64,000 nucleotides of DNA from Lachnospiraceae bacterium (GCA_017521605.1 JAFXCD010000037.1:4002-68001); one strand, 5' to 3'; positions 29,867-39,449 are shown, counted from the first letter of the stretch. Notes: generated by a model not told the origin, from the sequence alone. Program-made: numbers and translations.

Positions 29867-30271
29867 CTACTCTTCTATTTCCAATTCACACCAATGCCCC
29901 GTATTATCTGTATCTTGAATTATATCAATTATATTATCCAATATTGTTTTTCCCTTGCCATTTTTAGAATCCTGTAACTTTTTCTCTACCATCTCTCTAG
30001 CCGTTGGATGACATTTTTTCAATATTTCCTGATAGTAATTAGTTGTTGCATTGTACCCCAGATTCTGTCTGCTTTTTGCAAAATGAATCCACTTTATATG
30101 TAATTCTTCGCCCGGTTCATGTACTCCAAACCCACCCCTTAACAAATCATTAAAGGCATCTAACCCATGTCCCGGTTGCCAAGTCAGATTCTTTGTTAGC
30201 AATCTGTCTATTTCTTTATAAAAACCTTCCAAATCCGAAAACCTATCGCCATCAATCACTATATTTTTCAT
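29867..30271 (-). CDS. Barstar-family ribonuclease inhibitor
   Basis: IVIDG..FSDLEGFYKEI...GHGLDAFNDLLRGGFG; start at 30271 behind GAGGT. Confidence 0.88.
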   Translation of the reverse strand: MKNIVIDGDRFSDLEGFYKEIDRLLTKNLTWQPGHGLDAFNDLLRGGFGVHEPGEELHIKWIHFAKSRQNLGYNATTNYYQEILKKCHPTAREMVEKKLQDSKNGKGKTILDNIIDIIQDTDNTGHWCELEIEE

Positions 30272-30318
30272 ATCTACCTCATAAGAAACTTCAAAGTTTT
30301 CTCTTATTAGACCTTTTA

Positions 30319-30627
30319 TCAAATGTATTCAAAAATTCCCTGAATAGCATCAGATACATTAATCATTTCTGAAATTGGCAACCTATCCACTTTCTTGAAT
30401 CCACGAGCCGATAAATCCAACAATGCTAGTTTTTCACATTGTATATAACCTTCGTTCTCTTCCGTAGTCATCCATATATGAAGTGGTCCGGGCTTAGAAC
30501 CCCTAATAATCGGGCATCCGATTATCTCGCCACTTGTATTAAAGAAATCCTTACTAACTACCAATACGGGATGTTTTATTTTTTCAATTTTAAGAATATC
30601 TCCTTGATGCAGTAATTCCATTACCAT
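30319..30627 (-). CDS. PemK/MazF-like toxin
   Basis: QGDI...HPVLVVS..FFN...CPI...CEKL..LDL; coupled to the antitoxin gene. Confidence 0.8.
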   Translation of the reverse strand: MVMELLHQGDILKIEKIKHPVLVVSKDFFNTSGEIIGCPIIRGSKPGPLHIWMTTEENEGYIQCEKLALLDLSARGFKKVDRLPISEMINVSDAIQGIFEYI

Positions 30628-30863
30628 ACCTCTCTTCCGACAGGTTCACCCCAATCATATTCACCATCCAGCATTAACTTTCCATCAAACTCAGCCGCTC
30701 TTTCTTCCAATGTTTTATGACGAAAAGGTTTCACTAAAGTAATTACTCCATTCGATACTGTGACATCTAAAATCTCATTCAATGCAATCCCTGCACTTTT
30801 CAACACTTCTTTTGGCAATCTGATTCCTTGACTATTTCCCCATTCTTTTACTTGTGCTTGCAT
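30621..30863 (-). CDS. AbrB/MazE antitoxin
   Basis: VKEWGNSQGIRLPK; EYDWGEPVGREVW. Confidence 0.92.
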   Translation of the reverse strand: MQAQVKEWGNSQGIRLPKEVLKSAGIALNEILDVTVSNGVITLVKPFRHKTLEERAAEFDGKLMLDGEYDWGEPVGREVW

Positions 30864-30879
30864 CTAAAAACCTCCTTAC

Positions 30880-30923
30880 ATTTAGTATATACTTAGTATA
30901 TACTAAATAGCAAAAAATATCAA
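30880..30923 (-). promoter_or_regulatory. TA promoter and operator
   Basis: TTGATA-17-TATACT; perfect 14-bp palindrome ATTTAGTATATACT-T-AGTATATACTAAAT over the -10 box. Confidence 0.85.
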
Positions 30924-30979
30924 TTTATTTCTCTTGACTTTCTCTTGAAAGCAAGCGAAAATTCAAATTCTCGTGTGCT

Positions 30980-32338
30980 TTATAACAGCATCGTCATATA
31001 TGGTGGAATACAAATAATTCCATCTTTGACAATCAGATTTCTAGGATGAATGATGTAACTCTCCCCGATTCGATTCCTATATTTTTCTCTAAAATTATTC
31101 AATGATGTTGTTTTATACTGCTTTCCTGATTTCACTTCAATCGGATACATCTTGTATTTCAACTTGCTGTTATTCGAGATTATAAAATCAATTTCCATAT
31201 CATTTCTGTGCTTATCTTCATTGTAATGCGTATAGAAATACAACTTATGCCCATTTGCAACCAACATCTGTGCTATAGCATTTTCATAAAGCATTCCTTC
31301 ATTAATTTCCAGCTTTCCTGCTAGTATTTGCTTATACACCTCATCCTCAAGCAATTCATTTTCATCAAAGGCATGGCTTACCAGGAGTCCGGTATCTCCC
31401 AAATAACACTTAACATAGCTTCTCGTTTCATTTAATGATAATCCTACATTTGGATCATTACACAAGAAGCATTCATTGGATATCATAGAATCTGCTAACC
31501 AAAAGAAGGTTTCTTCGTATTGCTCTGCATAACTACCATCTTGCACTTGTTTAAATACAATTCGTTTTTCATGCCGTGAAAGAAATCCCGGAATCTGGTC
31601 ATAAATCGAAAGCACCTTGCTTCTGTATCTAGCATCTATCTTCATAATATCTTCACGATATAATCTGAGGATGTCTCTCTTTTCCTTATCTGCCTCTGCG
31701 AAATCCTTTTTATTCTCGACAAATGCTACGACCGGCTTTGGCATACCACCCACAAGCATATACTGATGAAACAACAGCATTGCCTTATTGTGCATCCCTC
31801 TTTCCAATGGTTCTTTCTTTTCGTAACACTTTTTGATATACTCTATGAGCAATTCCTCACCCAGTGCAATGGCAAACTCTTCGAAATCCAATGGATACAT
31901 ATTGATGTGCCGTTCCTCGGATGGTATTACAATATCCTTTACGTTCTCTTTGATGGATATGAGAGACCCTGTTTCAATATAATCATATCTTCCATCTGCC
32001 ACCAGATATTTTATAGCAGCTCGTGCCTGAGGAAATATCTGTACCTCATCAAAAATAATAAGTGATTTTCTCTCCGTAAGTTTTTTCCCAAAATGCGTTT
32101 GTAGCAGCATAAAAAAAGTATCAAGGTCATTCAAATGTGTTTCAAAATACATTTCAATTTCCTTATCTTTTTTGGCGAAGTCAATCAGAATATAACTTTC
32201 GTATTCTCTTTTTCCGAACTCCTCACAGATGGTAGACTTGCCGATTCGACGTGCTCCTTCCACCATAAGTGCTTTTTTCCCTTTGCTTTCATTCTTCCAT
32301 TCCAAAAGTTTTTTATATATTTTTCTTTGCAATACCAT
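30980..32338 (-). CDS. AAA_14/DUF4143-type ATPase with C-terminal PD-(D/E)XK-like motif
   Basis: GARRIGKS, IIFDEVQ, TGS, GGMP, DTGLL, EIDF...IEVKSG; start at 32338 behind GGAGG. Confidence 0.9.
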   Translation of the reverse strand: MVLQRKIYKKLLEWKNESKGKKALMVEGARRIGKSTICEEFGKREYESYILIDFAKKDKEIEMYFETHLNDLDTFFMLLQTHFGKKLTERKSLIIFDEVQIFPQARAAIKYLVADGRYDYIETGSLISIKENVKDIVIPSEERHINMYPLDFEEFAIALGEELLIEYIKKCYEKKEPLERGMHNKAMLLFHQYMLVGGMPKPVVAFVENKKDFAEADKEKRDILRLYREDIMKIDARYRSKVLSIYDQIPGFLSRHEKRIVFKQVQDGSYAEQYEETFFWLADSMISNECFLCNDPNVGLSLNETRSYVKCYLGDTGLLVSHAFDENELLEDEVYKQILAGKLEINEGMLYENAIAQMLVANGHKLYFYTHYNEDKHRNDMEIDFIISNNSKLKYKMYPIEVKSGKQYKTTSLNNFREKYRNRIGESYIIHPRNLIVKDGIICIPPYMTMLL

Positions 32339-32350
32339 AAGCACCTCCGA

Positions 32351-32514
32351 ATTATGCGCACATGTACAACCCTTTCATTTTGAGATTATACGCATATGTC
32401 CATTTGCATTTCCTATGATTATGCGCACATTATACTCCGTTTTTTGATTATGCGCAAGTAAACAATATGCAAATCATCTGATTATGCGCATATAGCTCAT
32501 GGATATTATGTACA
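32351..32514. repeat. Six spaced ATTATGCGCA-type direct repeats over the ATPase promoter
   Basis: Copies at 32351, 32385, 32418, 32447, 32481, 32505 (four exact); promoter TTGCGC-17-TATAAT at 32457-32429. Confidence 0.85.
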
Positions 32515-32558
32515 TCCACCACATATTTTATGCAGCAGGTTACACTGCGCAAAATTCT

Positions 32559-32592
32559 TACATGCCTTCAACCTATCTATAAGTTTATGATC
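32559..32592. repeat. Candidate recombination site, copy 2
   Basis: TACATGCCTTCAACCTATCTATAAGTTT versus TACATACTTTCAACCTATCTATAAGTTT at 12119. Confidence 0.7.
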
Positions 32593-32683
32593 ACTTATCG
32601 TACATACATCAACTCCATAAAGAGTTGCTATCATTTTTTGCCATGTTTAACGCCCCTATAAGTGCCCTTTTGTCTTCAATTAT

Positions 32684-33229
32684 TTAGTCAAAATACCGGA
32701 ATTCCTCTCCGTCATTCAGTCCAATTTGGAATTGCTTTACATCCTTTGCCTTGGCTCCGTAACGGATTACATAGGCATGGATTTTGCCTAATTTCATATA
32801 GAATGTACCGCTTCCTTTACGTTCTTCCACAACCTCCTGCCATGGTTTTCCGTTGATAAGTAGCGTTCCGGAAAAATCGTATTTTGTCATCTTCATTGGA
32901 TATTTTCTGGCATTACCTATCTTTATCCAAAAGCAATGCACCGTTTTTTGCTCATGTGTGGAAGCCATTAATCCAAGATTATCCCAATAATAATCCATTT
33001 CCGAAAATTTCTCGGCAGGAAGATTATATTTCTCACAAACCATTTCCTTATATTTTTTTACGTCCTTATTTCGATCGGCCACACAACGTGGTTCGCCAAG
33101 AATCTCAACAAGCTCTGATACCTTTGCAGGTATTGTGAATTGCTTTCCATTAAGTACGAAGTAATCATCACACAAATCAATTGTTACAGGAATAACATTC
33201 TTTGGTTGCTTCTTTCCAAATAAAAACAT
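32684..33229 (-). CDS. Hypothetical protein (accessory)
   Basis: 181 aa, RBS GGAGG; YYWDNLGL and FSGTLLING motifs. Confidence 0.75.
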   Translation of the reverse strand: MFLFGKKQPKNVIPVTIDLCDDYFVLNGKQFTIPAKVSELVEILGEPRCVADRNKDVKKYKEMVCEKYNLPAEKFSEMDYYWDNLGLMASTHEQKTVHCFWIKIGNARKYPMKMTKYDFSGTLLINGKPWQEVVEERKGSGTFYMKLGKIHAYVIRYGAKAKDVKQFQIGLNDGEEFRYFD

Positions 33230-33273
33230 AATAACCCCTCCAACATATTCAATGTAATCTTTCTTACAGCTCT

Positions 33274-34209
33274 CTACTCTATCCTAATCGTTCCAAGCTC
33301 CTTGTAGCTGGTTTTCCCTCTTTTATATATTTCTTCCGAAATCGGGTACTCCTTGCCACTCTCCAACACAAAATCCTTTGGTGTTTTGAACCATGTATCA
33401 ACTCTACAATTATTTGTATTTTCTTCCGTTTGATTTACAATATCAAACGATATTCTCAAATATGCTTTTTTATCATCTTCCAGTGGAATCACAATACTCT
33501 TGCCATGTTCCTCTTTTTCAAGCGGCCACTTTACACCGCTTTCCTTTTGGGGAAGCCAATGTACAACTGCCGGCTTGGTGGTATGAATCCAACCAACGTT
33601 AAACTCATATGCTTCCTCTCTGGGATTCTTAGCTTCTTTAAACTCCCCTACTTTAGCAAGCTTAAATTGAAAACCATAGTTCGCTGCTCTATCGTCTACA
33701 ATTTCCTTACGTGCAAATCCCGTTACTGCAAGTAAATATTTCCCCTCCGGCACATCATACCAATAGGCCAAATGAGACACATGACCTCCTAAATCCTTAT
33801 ACCACTGCTCCTTACTTGAATAGTAACTCACTGTACCGTATGACGAGGTTTCTTCTCTTCCGTCGCCTTCATATTCTGTTTTATTAAACTCCTGCAAAGA
33901 ACCAATATCTGAAATCCAAAAGCCGTTTTTCACGTCCAAATTAAAACCTTCATAGGATAGAACCTGCTCCCATTCGTCACCAAAGGCATCATCATACCCT
34001 TCCAGCCCAATTACATATTTACCGGAATTAATGGATGGTATGGGCATCCAAACTCCCTGTTCTATAGTCTCCAGATACAAATCCTTCTTTTTTTGTAATA
34101 GGGCAAGCACTTTCTTGGAACGTATCTTCTTAGTTTCTAAAAACCTTGTCATGGTATCAAGTGAAAAAACACATAAACCATAGCTGCATGTACTTATTGT
34201 TTTCTCCAT
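33274..34209 (-). CDS. Hypothetical protein directly behind the T-box
   Basis: Start MEKTI behind AGGAG; 311 aa. Confidence 0.75.
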   Translation of the reverse strand: MEKTISTCSYGLCVFSLDTMTRFLETKKIRSKKVLALLQKKKDLYLETIEQGVWMPIPSINSGKYVIGLEGYDDAFGDEWEQVLSYEGFNLDVKNGFWISDIGSLQEFNKTEYEGDGREETSSYGTVSYYSSKEQWYKDLGGHVSHLAYWYDVPEGKYLLAVTGFARKEIVDDRAANYGFQFKLAKVGEFKEAKNPREEAYEFNVGWIHTTKPAVVHWLPQKESGVKWPLEKEEHGKSIVIPLEDDKKAYLRISFDIVNQTEENTNNCRVDTWFKTPKDFVLESGKEYPISEEIYKRGKTSYKELGTIRIE

Positions 34210-34259
34210 AAATATGCTCCTTTTAAACAATACTCCCTACTATTCTTCCCCTGTTAACA

Positions 34260-34468
34260 CACAAAAGGGTGGTACGTCAAGTCCCCCTCCAAAGGGGCCA
34301 AACTCGGCGGTACCACCCTAAAATTCACTCATCCTACCGTTAACGCCGGTGCTACGCTGTATTTTCATACAGAGCTCCAAGGTAGGTTCCAAATCTTCCG
34401 CATAGAAACTCGCACCTCTCGTTTCCTCTCTGGGATGCATCCAATCTGTACTAGTCCTCTTCCTAGCC
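34260..34468 (-). ncRNA. T-box riboswitch, Pro (CCU) specifier
   Basis: AGUA, AGAGAG and GGUG stem-I motifs; GAA-CCU-A at 34389-34383; T-box AGGGUGGUACCGCC; antiterminator and terminator with T-tract. Confidence 0.88.
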
Positions 34469-34485
34469 AAATCCTATATACGCTT

Positions 34486-34515
34486 ACTATAGTGCAAAGG
34501 AAAAGCTTTTGTCAA
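34486..34515 (-). promoter_or_regulatory. Sigma-A promoter of the T-box leader
   Basis: TTGACA-18-TATAGT. Confidence 0.65.
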
Positions 34516-34529
34516 GTGCTATCGTCAAT

Positions 34530-35633
34530 TTAGTGTGCCGCATCCCAACAGACATAGTCATCCGTTGCTATGCTGATTTTCTGCAGGAATTCTTCCTTTC
34601 TCTGCTTAAAAGTACCACTTTCAAAGCTATGCTTCATTTCCTGCCAAAATAATTCTGTTATTTCTTTTCCCAATCTTTCCCACAACAAAGGCTTCACTTC
34701 CTCAAACAGCTTTTCTAGCAGTTTACGGGTTATCTGTTTTTCATAAAAGCTTATCGCCACCTCACTCCAGCAAAACTCCATTCGATGCGAACCACCCTCA
34801 AAATTCCACATATCATTGGTCCAGAAATCTCTTTCTTTTCCGGTTGCCAGTAAATTATCACCTTCTTTAAACAGCAACACCGAAAGATATGCAAAAAAAG
34901 CATATTTAAGCTCTATCACACCACCTAATACATGAATAAAGATTTTCTCCATATTCTCCTCTGCCAGCGCAACAGTAGTATTAAAATACGACACCCAGGA
35001 CAATATTTCATCTTTGCCTGTCAGCATACCCAGTAACACCATCTCAATGTAATAGTCCATAATATCCTGATAATTCTCTGCTCCTACAGCCCTGATAAAA
35101 TTCACTTGGTTCCCAAACATAGCAGTATTAAACTCCGGAAATACCGTCCATACTATCCGGTTTCTTTCTAAAATCGCTACTTTGGCACACTTCAAATAAA
35201 AGGGGAGCAGATATTGCAACAGCTGTGGCTGTATTGCTTTCGCATACTTACAATCTGTGGCAAAGTTGTACAATATCAAGTAGCTTTCAGAAACCGCATC
35301 TTCTATATCCACCGATTCCAGAAAATGTTCTAACACCTCAACCTCTGTTTCATATAGAGGCATGTTGATTCTCGGTTTTGGTGCGAAAATTGCTACCGGT
35401 GGATTACAAAATCCAACCACAAAATCCATTAACTCAAGTATTCTATCCTCCACATCCTTATCCTGACTTTTTCTTAATCCTTCTAAACATTCCAGCATGC
35501 TCCTCATGTTCATTCCCAGATTTCTGAATCGCCGAAGTTCCTTATGTAACACCCCAAGTTCTTCTTTCTTATTTAATTGTTCCATTATTTTTTCTATGAA
35601 CTCTTGCTTCACACTAATCTCCCTACATATCAT
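34530..35633 (-). CDS. Hypothetical two-part protein
   Basis: N-terminal ~80-aa module ending EDRILELMDFVVGFCNP..IF joined to a ~280-aa helical domain. Confidence 0.7.
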   Translation of the reverse strand: MICREISVKQEFIEKIMEQLNKKEELGVLHKELRRFRNLGMNMRSMLECLEGLRKSQDKDVEDRILELMDFVVGFCNPPVAIFAPKPRINMPLYETEVEVLEHFLESVDIEDAVSESYLILYNFATDCKYAKAIQPQLLQYLLPFYLKCAKVAILERNRIVWTVFPEFNTAMFGNQVNFIRAVGAENYQDIMDYYIEMVLLGMLTGKDEILSWVSYFNTTVALAEENMEKIFIHVLGGVIELKYAFFAYLSVLLFKEGDNLLATGKERDFWTNDMWNFEGGSHRMEFCWSEVAISFYEKQITRKLLEKLFEEVKPLLWERLGKEITELFWQEMKHSFESGTFKQRKEEFLQKISIATDDYVCWDAAH

Positions 35634-35686
35634 AAGTAATGCTTGTGATACTGCCTAAATAAAAAAGTTCCCTTTATTACTTCTCT

Positions 35687-36514
35687 TTACTTCAAATACT
35701 TCCCAAAGTACTTCTCTACCACTTCTTCGTCATAACCGTCCTCGCCACGCCACTGAGCCACATAATCCCAATCATGCTTACCGGCCTCAGGTCGGTTGTA
35801 AGCCTTAGGCGCCAACACTCCCAGACAGGCCAAGATCTCAAGAAGTACGGAACGTTCCGCCTTGTTTGCTTTCAGTCCTTCCACCTCTGTCAGTTTATCC
35901 CGTAATACCCCCGGATAATCCCCCGGCTTACAGGATTTCACTGCCTGCAAAATCCCTCGAAAGATTGCTATGTCTTCTTCCACCGGCTCCGGTATTTCTT
36001 CCTTGGCAAACTGCTCCAAATCAAACATAGTATAGAGTAGCTCTCCTTGGCGCACTCCACCCCATTTGATTCTCTCAAAATTCAAAACATTCAGGTCATC
36101 CTTCTCATATTCTTCAAATACACGACACCCCAATGCTGAACAAACGCCGCAAGTATAAGTGGTTCCTACCACAACCCCATCCTCATAAAAATGCCCTGAT
36201 TCCATCGGAGTATACTTATGTTCTGTCAATGAGCAGGCAGTCTCATAGGAACTAACTGCACTTCGCCAGTCCAAACGTCTTGTGGACAGGCTACACAAAA
36301 ATCCTTTTGCCACCTGTTCCATAGAAACACTCCCTGCCAGCTCCACAAGTCTCTTCACACACTCATCATGTGTAATGGTGATAGGGTCAAACATTACACC
36401 CTTTTCCTTAGCATATGCAAAATCCTCCGGTGTAGTCTGACGTTCTTCATCCATTTTCCATCCCTTGGAAGACCAGTATGTGTTAAATAATATCTTCTTT
36501 GCCTTTTTATCCAT
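35687..36514 (-). CDS. Hypothetical protein
   Basis: MDKKAKKILFNTYWSSKGW; LNVLNFERIKWGGVR; WRGEDGY. Confidence 0.8.
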   Translation of the reverse strand: MDKKAKKILFNTYWSSKGWKMDEERQTTPEDFAYAKEKGVMFDPITITHDECVKRLVELAGSVSMEQVAKGFLCSLSTRRLDWRSAVSSYETACSLTEHKYTPMESGHFYEDGVVVGTTYTCGVCSALGCRVFEEYEKDDLNVLNFERIKWGGVRQGELLYTMFDLEQFAKEEIPEPVEEDIAIFRGILQAVKSCKPGDYPGVLRDKLTEVEGLKANKAERSVLLEILACLGVLAPKAYNRPEAGKHDWDYVAQWRGEDGYDEEVVEKYFGKYLK

Positions 36515-36543
36515 TGTCGTTTCCCCTCTTGTTCCTTTGTAAA

Positions 36544-37539
36544 TCACTCGCAATTATCCTCAAACACTTTTAATAATTCCGGATAAAGCATATCAAAATT
36601 TTTAAATATATTTCGATTTTCATCGTAATATTTATATCTTTCAAGGATTAATGGTATATATCTATAACCTTTTTGTAAATCATACTCCAACATTTCCTCT
36701 GCTGTTTCCTGCAAACTGCATTTCTTCAACAAATGAATCACCATGGATCTCACAAAATGCTCATTCACACATTCTAACCAATCACCATAACCTGATAAGA
36801 ATCCCGGCAATTTATATTTAGTCAACAACTCATGTGCCGACTCATATTTCCTTACTAACTTCTCATACTTCTCTGTCAAAGGATTAATAAATGGATGAGA
36901 ATACTCATGAAATAGAATGGCCGGTGAAATACTAAAATCACCTGTTGCAAAAACGGAATACAAATCTTTCCCCGTTTTATTTTCAACAGCAAAAGAAATA
37001 CCATAATTTCCATTCATTAAACCGGAAAGTATGTAGTAATAGGCATTCTGCTCCACACCATATTCCGCCTCTAAAATGGACGTATACGGATATTGATTAA
37101 CTATCTCTTCTGCTTTCTTAATAAATGGTGCATAATACTCTTTTGCTTTTTCAAAATAAGTAAAGTAATTCGTTTCATGGGCAAAACCCTTTAATATCCC
37201 TAACAACTCATTTATTTTTGTTCTTCCACCACAATACTCTATACATAATTGGGAGGGCTCATATTTAAGAGCGAAATCTTTGTCTTTTACACACAACATC
37301 ATTTCTACAGGTCGCCCAAAAGAAAAACCATTTGGAATTAACTCTTCAATAAATGGATAAATCGGGGCATTACTATATTTCGCAAATAATTGTTTAATTC
37401 CGCTTGTATAGTCATTTACCTCCGTGGTCATCAACCCATACCCTATATATGCTTCTGTCATTTCATTGTATCTGCTTGTTAGCAAAATACTATTCATAAA
37501 CTCTAAATAGGGATTTATCTGTACCTGCATTTTTTTCAT
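36544..37539 (-). CDS. DUF4932-like protein with HExxH
   Basis: INPYLE; HEYSHPFINP...NEHFVR. Confidence 0.75.
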   Translation of the reverse strand: MKKMQVQINPYLEFMNSILLTSRYNEMTEAYIGYGLMTTEVNDYTSGIKQLFAKYSNAPIYPFIEELIPNGFSFGRPVEMMLCVKDKDFALKYEPSQLCIEYCGGRTKINELLGILKGFAHETNYFTYFEKAKEYYAPFIKKAEEIVNQYPYTSILEAEYGVEQNAYYYILSGLMNGNYGISFAVENKTGKDLYSVFATGDFSISPAILFHEYSHPFINPLTEKYEKLVRKYESAHELLTKYKLPGFLSGYGDWLECVNEHFVRSMVIHLLKKCSLQETAEEMLEYDLQKGYRYIPLILERYKYYDENRNIFKNFDMLYPELLKVFEDNCE

Positions 37540-37598
37540 TATCTATCCCCTTTGTATCCTTTTCCAACACTCCGGTAGCTCTACTTTTCTTTCAGGTA

Positions 37599-38387
37599 TC
37601 ATCTCACACCCTCCACAAATCCACGATACCCACTGCTCTGCCTTCGTTCCGCATATTCCTCACAAAGGTAGGTTTCCTGATAGATGTCGAAATCCTTATC
37701 TCCCAGATATTCAAAATAATCATCCTTGCTATTTACCTTTAAGCAAGCTTCTTTGTGCCTTCGGTAACAAAGCATATTCCCGAAATCATCATTTCCATAA
37801 GGGGAATACTCCGAATACTGGCAGGTAAAGCAGCATTTCAAATAGTACTTCTCCTGTATCTGTCGGCTGATATCCAATAAAGCTGATTCGAAATACAAAG
37901 TCTTATTATTGCTACTGTACAGTTCATCTCCCACCAATAAGGAAAACTCTTCTACCACACAATTGTCGGGATAAATTCGTGAACCATCACATAGATAACA
38001 AATACCTCGCTTTGTTTTTTCATCATCACGCTTTTCATACGCAAAAGCCAGTTTCAATTCACCGGGCACTTCCTGATAATCACTCTTTCGAATTAACTTT
38101 ATGGGCATTTTGAAATCCAAACCATAACCCTGTAATGCATAAAAATAGGGAAATGTATTCTGCGCCAGTTCATTGTATCCCCCATGCTTCAGAATCCGAA
38201 ACGTTTCCTTCGCTTCCTCATATTGCTCCGGATTCGCCAGCTCGAAATCTCCCAAACTCGTTCCTCGGAATGTCACTCCATCTAAGGTAAAGGAAAGAGG
38301 ATTTGTTTTATATTCCCCCTGTGTATTCTCAATCACTATATCCATATCATGATATTCATCTTTATAATGTGCCTTATAATATTCCAT
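37599..38387 (-). CDS. DUF6304-like protein
   Basis: LKCCFTCQYSEYSPYGNDDFGNMLCYR...QETYLCEEY. Confidence 0.75.
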   Translation of the reverse strand: MEYYKAHYKDEYHDMDIVIENTQGEYKTNPLSFTLDGVTFRGTSLGDFELANPEQYEEAKETFRILKHGGYNELAQNTFPYFYALQGYGLDFKMPIKLIRKSDYQEVPGELKLAFAYEKRDDEKTKRGICYLCDGSRIYPDNCVVEEFSLLVGDELYSSNNKTLYFESALLDISRQIQEKYYLKCCFTCQYSEYSPYGNDDFGNMLCYRRHKEACLKVNSKDDYFEYLGDKDFDIYQETYLCEEYAERRQSSGYRGFVEGVR

Positions 38388-38408
38388 AACTTCTCCCTAC
38401 AACTTCTC

Positions 38409-39290
38409 TTACATCACCCTTATCACATTACCGCCGGTCCAAGTCTCTCCACTTTCCACTACATTGGTATAAGGTCTCTCTGAAATCTCACCCTCAAAAC
38501 CTTCGTAATCGCAGATACCATACCAAGGCTCCAGACATACATAATTTGCCTCATTATTGGGCACGGACCACACACCCCACACCGGTGCGTCGCATTCCAC
38601 ACGCACATACTCACGGCCGGTTTCGTCACAAAGCCCTACTGCCATTACACCTTCTCCATCAAAGACCAATGCATCTGCCTCAAAGGTGTGCTCATCAATG
38701 GTAATCATACCCTCCTCCACATCCAGAGTCAGCAACTCATCCGTAATCAGACCCTTTTCATTAATGCGCAGGGAGAAAATCAGAGTCTTGTGTTCAGCAC
38801 CATATAGCTTCACCTTCTGACCGATTCTGCCAGTACCTGTTAACGGACAGGCAAACGCCGCATGCCCACCGACGGAAAAGTACATGGTATTTTCACCGGT
38901 ATTCTTTACATACCAATTTTCCTGCACGCTGTCCTCGCCCAATACATACTCGATATCCAGCACAAAGTGGAAAGGGTATTTGACGTAGGTCTCCGGGCTG
39001 TCTGTGGTTCGAAATACAATCCTATCCGCTTCCCGAGCCACTACCTCATAGTCTACTCTCTGGCCAAAGCCATGCTTGTCCGCAGGATAAACCTTGCCTT
39101 CATAGGTGTACTCTTCCTGCTCCAGCTTTCCGATAAAAGGAAAAAGGAAGGGTGCTGTCTTGCCCCAATACGCCGGATCCGCTCCCCACATATATTCCTG
39201 TCCCGTAGCCTTTTTCACTAAGGACTTTATCTCTGCACCAAAGCTTTCAAACTCTACTTTTATGAATTCATTTTCTAAAATATAACGCAT
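38409..39290 (-). CDS. Aldose 1-epimerase (LacX-like)
   Basis: GAEIKS, APFLFPFIG, HGF, YPF, GGH, CLEPW. Confidence 0.9.
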   Translation of the reverse strand: MRYILENEFIKVEFESFGAEIKSLVKKATGQEYMWGADPAYWGKTAPFLFPFIGKLEQEEYTYEGKVYPADKHGFGQRVDYEVVAREADRIVFRTTDSPETYVKYPFHFVLDIEYVLGEDSVQENWYVKNTGENTMYFSVGGHAAFACPLTGTGRIGQKVKLYGAEHKTLIFSLRINEKGLITDELLTLDVEEGMITIDEHTFEADALVFDGEGVMAVGLCDETGREYVRVECDAPVWGVWSVPNNEANYVCLEPWYGICDYEGFEGEISERPYTNVVESGETWTGGNVIRVM

Positions 39291-39449
39291 ATCTATTCCT
39301 TTCCGCACCTAATTGGTACCACATCCCAATATAATCTGTTTCTGCTTTTCAGAATACCATAATTTACCCTATCTTACAAGAAATCTTATTGCCTGTAACA
39401 TGCCGGACATGCTACACTACTACATATAAACCTACAAAAGGAGTCTCTT

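Noticed and set aside
32351-32514. Possible mini-CRISPR array
   Set aside because: Repeats are only 10-11 bp with irregular gaps, overlap a promoter, and no cas genes are present.
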